Source of the DNA: Spirochaetia bacterium
GTDB taxonomy: Bacteria; Spirochaetota; Spirochaetia; UBA9216
Length of the DNA: 64,000 nt
NCBI GenBank assembly: GCA_965140585.1
Contig: OZ223268.1
Coordinates: forward strand, 96,001-160,000
Direction: 5' to 3'
A model generated the notes under the pieces. The model saw only the letters and a list, made by a program, of their open reading frames with translations. It did no database searches and was not told the origin of the DNA. This document shows positions 59,248 through 64,000 of this stretch, one piece after another. Position 1 is the first letter of the stretch. Each line of letters starts with the position of its first letter. Both the position numbers and the translations under genes were made by a program.

Positions 59248-61437
59248 TCAGGGTTGAAATCGACCTGGAATCCTAATACGAAAAACAGTCCCCTGCCCCG
59301 GTTCCGAATCGACTGCAATATATCCATCGAGTGTATCAATAATATTTTTCACAATTGCAAGACCAAGCCCCATTCCGCGATGTATTTTAGTATAAATATT
59401 TTCAAGTTGCTGGAAAGGCTGAAAAATAAGCGGAAGATCCTCCTTCTTAATTCCGGGCCCTTCATCCGCTATTTCAAGAATCAGCTCATCAGCCGATTCT
59501 ATTATGCTGCAGGTAATCTTTCCATTCTCTGAATATTTTATTGCATTTGTAATAAGGTTGTTTACTATCTGAGCAATACGGGTTTCATCACCGTAGAAAA
59601 AACCTGATTTATATTTTTTGCAAGCCGACAGGTGAAGATCCTTTTTTTCCAGAGAATCACTGAATATTTCAGAAGCAAGCATACCGATATTATTCAGTTT
59701 GAAAACCTGTTTACTGATAGAAATTTTACCAATGCTGAACTGGGTAAAATTCAAAAGATCCTCAATTATTGTTTTTAGATTATCGGTAGAAACAAGGGCA
59801 AGATTGTACCACTCTTGTTCTTCTGTATTAAAAGAAACTCCTGCCAGAAGCCTTAGCATGCCGTAGACTCCGTTAAGCGGAGTCCGCAGTTCATGACTGA
59901 TATTTGCAAGAAAATCATTTTTTACCCGAAGTGCTGTTTCAGCCTTGATTCTTGCGTGTTCTATCTGTTCTGAAATTTTGATTTTTTCAGTTACATCATG
60001 TATGATTGCATAAAGATATTCATGGCTGCCGGCATTCAGACGCCCGCTGAATAACTCTATATGCCGGGTATCTCTTTTTGCAAGCTTGATCCTCATTGTT
60101 TTGCCTGATAATTCATCAAACTTAAAAAAACCTTCTTCAATATTTTCTTCATCGGCAAGCAGATTGTAAAGTGAGAGATTTTTCAGTGCATTTTCAGGAT
60201 AACCAAGATAATCCACAGCAGCCTGATTCAAATCAATTATTCTGCTTGTAACCGGTTCGAATAAAATAATGACTGATGTGTTATCATAAAAAAGGCTTCT
60301 GTATTTTAATTCACTTAAACGAAGTGCAGATTCAGCCTTTTTCCTGATATTAATATTTATAAGTGAAAACAGAAGTAAAACTGCCATTATACTGAAAATG
60401 CTCACCGAACTCAGCACCAGAGCCTTATTTTCCCTGAGAAAACTGTATGGTCTGTTGATGATTTCAGAATCTTCCGGAAGCTTCCTCAAACTGATTCCAA
60501 AGCGTTTCAGTTCCTGATAATCAAATATGTAGTGATTATCAGCATCACTCCGGATAGGAATTGAAGCCGGAGATGCACCATCAAGTATTTTTAGAGCAGT
60601 TTCTGCGGCACTGATTGCCTGCTCATAGTGACTAATCACCCTTCCTCCGAAAACACCATCACCGAAACCGTGATACCATAGATGAAAAAGCGGTATTTTA
60701 AGATTCTCATAAATTATCTTCAAACTCTCATTAAAAAGAAGATTATTTCCTTCACTGTCCTGATAGGCAGAAAGCAGAAGTAAACTAGTATCCCGTCCTA
60801 AACCGGAGAGAATTGCTGCAAATTCCTGCCATGTATAATCTTTAAGAGATATTGTTCTGAACTCATATGAAGGAAATTGGTTTTGAAGCTCATTAAAAGC
60901 CCTTAAATCAGCAGCTCCGCTGGTTGTTGCATCGGAAATGGCCGTAATTGTTTCAGTCTGGGGAAAAAGAGAAATCATCAATTCTATAGTATCTTTCATC
61001 GATACGGCTTCAATCAGCCCTGTTACCATCGGGTCATTATTATAACTCAGAGCTTTCTTAATATCATTGACCCCGAAAAAAACTATCGGAACATCGTTAA
61101 AAAACTCATTCCGCATACTCATACATAAATCAAGCGCATTATCATCTGCAGTTATTACCAAATCATATTCAGGAACATGCTGAAACTTGTAGATAAAAAA
61201 TTCCCTTCTAAGCTTTATTACCTCATCAGTATTAAACCGTTTTGAATCCAGAAATTCCATATCCAGAAGAACATGTTCTTCATCAAGCACTGAACGCAAT
61301 CCGTCAATCTGATGATTGAAAGTCGGAAACGAAGGGTTATATGAGCTGATAAATAAAATTCTTTTAAAATGATCATGTGTATAGGCAGGTAGACCAGTAA
61401 CCAGCATAATCAGAATCAGGACACACTTACGGAACAT
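59248..61437 (-). CDS. Sensor histidine kinase (ABC substrate-binding-like periplasmic domain, PAS, HisKA, HATPase)
   Basis: SHELRTPL, NLITNAIKY, DEGPGI and GMGLGL motifs. Confidence 0.92.
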   Translation of the reverse strand: MFRKCVLILIMLVTGLPAYTHDHFKRILFISSYNPSFPTFNHQIDGLRSVLDEEHVLLDMEFLDSKRFNTDEVIKLRREFFIYKFQHVPEYDLVITADDNALDLCMSMRNEFFNDVPIVFFGVNDIKKALSYNNDPMVTGLIEAVSMKDTIELMISLFPQTETITAISDATTSGAADLRAFNELQNQFPSYEFRTISLKDYTWQEFAAILSGLGRDTSLLLLSAYQDSEGNNLLFNESLKIIYENLKIPLFHLWYHGFGDGVFGGRVISHYEQAISAAETALKILDGASPASIPIRSDADNHYIFDYQELKRFGISLRKLPEDSEIINRPYSFLRENKALVLSSVSIFSIMAVLLLFSLININIRKKAESALRLSELKYRSLFYDNTSVIILFEPVTSRIIDLNQAAVDYLGYPENALKNLSLYNLLADEENIEEGFFKFDELSGKTMRIKLAKRDTRHIELFSGRLNAGSHEYLYAIIHDVTEKIKISEQIEHARIKAETALRVKNDFLANISHELRTPLNGVYGMLRLLAGVSFNTEEQEWYNLALVSTDNLKTIIEDLLNFTQFSIGKISISKQVFKLNNIGMLASEIFSDSLEKKDLHLSACKKYKSGFFYGDETRIAQIVNNLITNAIKYSENGKITCSIIESADELILEIADEGPGIKKEDLPLIFQPFQQLENIYTKIHRGMGLGLAIVKNIIDTLDGYIAVDSEPGQGTVFRIRIPGRFQP

Positions 61438-61443
61438 ACAAAA

Positions 61444-61472
61444 ATTATAAGAAACATGAAACCGTAATGCAA
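61444..61472 (-). promoter_or_regulatory. Sigma70-type promoter, probably leaderless
   Basis: TTGCAT-17 nt-TATAAT, then 6 nt to ATG 61437. Confidence 0.6.
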
Positions 61473-61535
61473 TTTTTATTTAATTTCTTCCGGTTTTCCT
61501 TGAATTAAATAGAGAATAACTCAGTTTAATTCAGT

Positions 61536-63047
61536 ATGCCCACAAACCTTATTTTAGATGATCCAGTTCTGCATACCGCCGCGGAGAGTTTCGGACTGAA
61601 ATTCCTTTATCCTTATCAAAGGCTGGTGATTGCAAACATTCTTGAGACTGCAGGCTTTTATAGTTCCGAAACAACCAATAAGGAAACAGATTACCGTTCC
61701 AGGCAGATAGTAATTCTTCCGACCGGTGCAGGCAAAAGCCTCTGCTTCATGCTGCCTTCTCTCCTGCTGTCAGGACCTACACTCATAATCTTCCCGCTTT
61801 TATCACTTATATCCGATCAGAAACGCCGCTGCGATGATGCCGGAATCAGTTCCGCAGCGCTTACCGGAGGACAGAGCAGGAATGAAAGGGATGAAATATT
61901 CAGGAATATTGAAAACGGAAGTCTGCGTATAATACTGACTAATCCGGAAACAGCTCTATCTCCGCCGGTATTCAAGCGTTTGTTGAGGGCCGGGATATCA
62001 CATCTGGTTTTTGATGAGGTACATACAGTATCTGAGTGGGGAGACAGTTTCCGCCCAGTATACCTGGAGTGCCGGAGGCTGATCGCTGAAATGAATATTC
62101 CTGTGGTAACAGCATTCACCGCTACGGCGTCTGAAACCGTGCTGTCCAGGATTATCGAGATACTTTTTCCAGGCGAATCACCTCATATAATATCAGCAAA
62201 CCCTGACCGTCCCAATATTTCATACAGCGTTGTTCCCTGCCTGTCAAAAATCCATGAACTTGAAATACAGATAAGAACTGCCTGCAGACCAATCCTGGTC
62301 TTTTGCGGAAAAAGAAAGACCGCTGAAAAGACAGCTGTGCTTCTGAGGCTCAGACTTTACGAAAAGCAGATTTTTTTCTACCATGCAGGGCTCACAAAGC
62401 CGGAAAAAAAGAAGATCGAAAACTGGTACTTCAGTTCCACCGACGGGATTCTGCTCGCAACAACGGCGTACGGAATGGGTGTGGACAAACCTGATATTCG
62501 AACTGTAATACACTATGATCTTTCACCATCTGTTGAGGCATATCTGCAGGAATCAGGCCGTGCGGGACGTGATCGTGAGCCCGCAGCAGCAGTCCTGCTT
62601 TTAAAAAAAACAGATTATCTACACCACACCGTCATTGCCCCTGCATCAGAGCTCGACAGCCACTCTTCTTTATCGACGAGGTTCCAAAAGCTGCTTGGAT
62701 TTGCACTTAACACTTCTAAATGCAGGCGTGAATCACTGATGGAGCTGCTCGGAGCGGAACCTGAAGCCTGTTTCGGCTGTGATGTTTGCAGCGGCAGCGC
62801 TGTTAAGACCGATAAATGGGAAAAGCGAATAATCAGTTTTATCAGAAGAAATCGATTGCACTACACACCTGCAGGTGCCGCAGAAAAACTCAGCACCCTG
62901 TCTGACGAACTTCAGAAGGATGACGCGGAAGAGATGATAGAAGAGCTGCTGCTGACAGGGGCGCTTTCTTTATCAAAGAATGGATTTCTGAAAAAAAGAG
63001 AAGGATCTAAGCCCTTCTCTAAAACAATGATCAATTCAATTGTTTAG
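61536..63047 (+). CDS. recQ: RecQ family DNA helicase (short form, no HRDC domain visible)
   Basis: [29 protein letters not shown] and Zn-binding CRR...CDVC motifs. Confidence 0.9.
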   Translation: MPTNLILDDPVLHTAAESFGLKFLYPYQRLVIANILETAGFYSSETTNKETDYRSRQIVILPTGAGKSLCFMLPSLLLSGPTLIIFPLLSLISDQKRRCDDAGISSAALTGGQSRNERDEIFRNIENGSLRIILTNPETALSPPVFKRLLRAGISHLVFDEVHTVSEWGDSFRPVYLECRRLIAEMNIPVVTAFTATASETVLSRIIEILFPGESPHIISANPDRPNISYSVVPCLSKIHELEIQIRTACRPILVFCGKRKTAEKTAVLLRLRLYEKQIFFYHAGLTKPEKKKIENWYFSSTDGILLATTAYGMGVDKPDIRTVIHYDLSPSVEAYLQESGRAGRDREPAAAVLLLKKTDYLHHTVIAPASELDSHSSLSTRFQKLLGFALNTSKCRRESLMELLGAEPEACFGCDVCSGSAVKTDKWEKRIISFIRRNRLHYTPAGAAEKLSTLSDELQKDDAEEMIEELLLTGALSLSKNGFLKKREGSKPFSKTMINSIV

Positions 63048-63658
63048 CGCTGCAGTTCTGCCAGATAAATTTCATTTACCTTTTTCCAGTTGATTACTTT
63101 GAAAAAATTCTCAATATACTCCGGGCGCCTGTTCTGATATTTGAGATAGTATGCATGCTCCCAGACATCCAGCCCAAGAACAGGAGTCAGCCCCTCAGAG
63201 AGAGGGTTATCCTGATTGGCCGTGCTGATAACACCTACCTTGCCGTTGCTTTCTGAAACAAGCCAGGCCCAGCCGCTTCCGAATCTTGTGGCGGCAGCAT
63301 TGGAAAAGGCCGTAACAAAACCGGAAAAACCGCCGATATCCCGGGTAATAGCTTCAGCAATTGCGCCATCAGGCGGCCCTCCTGCTTTCGGTGACATTAT
63401 CTCCCAGAAAAGACTGTGATTATAATGTCCGCCCCCGTTATTCTGCACTGCGGTTCGAATATCAGAGGGAAGCTGCTCCAAATCTTTCAAAAGTTTTTCT
63501 ACAGGCCAGCTGCTGTATTCTGTTCCTTCAACAGCAGCATTGAGTTTTGACGTGTAACCGGTGTGATGTTTATCATGATGAATCTGCATTGTAGTCTCAT
63601 CAATATAAGGCTCAAGTGCATCGTATGCATATGGTAAATCTGGTGTTGTAAAAGACAT
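63044..63658 (-). CDS. sodA: Superoxide dismutase, Mn/Fe family (Mn-type GGGHYNH)
   Basis: [15 protein letters not shown] and DVWEHAYY motifs. Confidence 0.93.
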   Translation of the reverse strand: MSFTTPDLPYAYDALEPYIDETTMQIHHDKHHTGYTSKLNAAVEGTEYSSWPVEKLLKDLEQLPSDIRTAVQNNGGGHYNHSLFWEIMSPKAGGPPDGAIAEAITRDIGGFSGFVTAFSNAAATRFGSGWAWLVSESNGKVGVISTANQDNPLSEGLTPVLGLDVWEHAYYLKYQNRRPEYIENFFKVINWKKVNEIYLAELQR

Positions 63659-63792
63659 TTATGTCCTCCTTACTTTTTTATATTACTAATTTACTCATAT
63701 ATTATAAAAAAGTAAAATTTTCACCCGGCAATAATCATACTTTATGCTAACAGACTGTTCATAATAGTTTTTACAGGGTATTATCGTGATTG

Positions 63793-64000
63793 ATGGAAAT
63801 TACTGTACTCGGGTCAGGTACATCCTGCGGGGTTCCAACAATAAACTGCAGCTGTGATGTCTGCAGTTCCGACGATCCACATGACAACAGAACCAGGGCT
63901 TCAATCTGGATACAGTCAGAGAATCTCTCAATTATCATTGATACTTCAACAGACCTCAGATTCCAGGCCCTGCGGGAACATATAACAGCCCTTGATTGTA
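63793..64000 (+). CDS. MBL-fold metallohydrolase, PhnP type, partial (runs off the right edge)
   Basis: Hand translation MEITVLGSGTSCGVPTINCSCDVCSSDDPHDNRTRAS...IIIDTSTDLRFQ. Confidence 0.88.
   Translation, partial: MEITVLGSGTSCGVPTINCSCDVCSSDDPHDNRTRASIWIQSENLSIIIDTSTDLRFQALREHITALDC

Overview
This is bacterial chromosomal DNA, most consistent with an anaerobic free-living spirochaete (inferred from gene families only). It holds about 55 CDS and one tRNA-Pro(GGG). I saw no rRNA, CRISPR array, integrase or transposase. Main blocks: (1) SulP, a GNAT-membrane fusion and a CPA2-PTS EIIA antiporter; (2) an AT-rich SorC-regulated operon (aldolase, Zn-dehydrogenase, APC permease, RibF paralog); (3) an AT-rich cassette beside tRNA-Pro, bracketed by inverted copies of a CCACGGATATAT-N8-GATATGYGGTCACACGG motif, carrying a GxxExxY nuclease-family gene with a structured leader, a broken DUF5677-like gene and an orphan HipB-like gene; (4) ppk2, a diguanylate cyclase with a standalone MshEN-like protein, and two radical SAM genes; (5) an aryl-acid cluster (symporter, iorAB, paaK, aminotransferase) and leuCD; (6) a STAS/PP2C partner-switching locus; (7) c-di-GMP signalling genes; (8) a malonate-type operon (family III CoA-transferase, madLM, Na+-pumping acyl-CoA decarboxylase). 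The best candidate for an undescribed system is block 8: a HutP-family gene followed by a UAG-rich leader and an intrinsic terminator, i.e. HutP-type antitermination apparently applied to dicarboxylate rather than histidine use. At least seven genes also look leaderless. All product calls come from motif recognition; no database searches were run.
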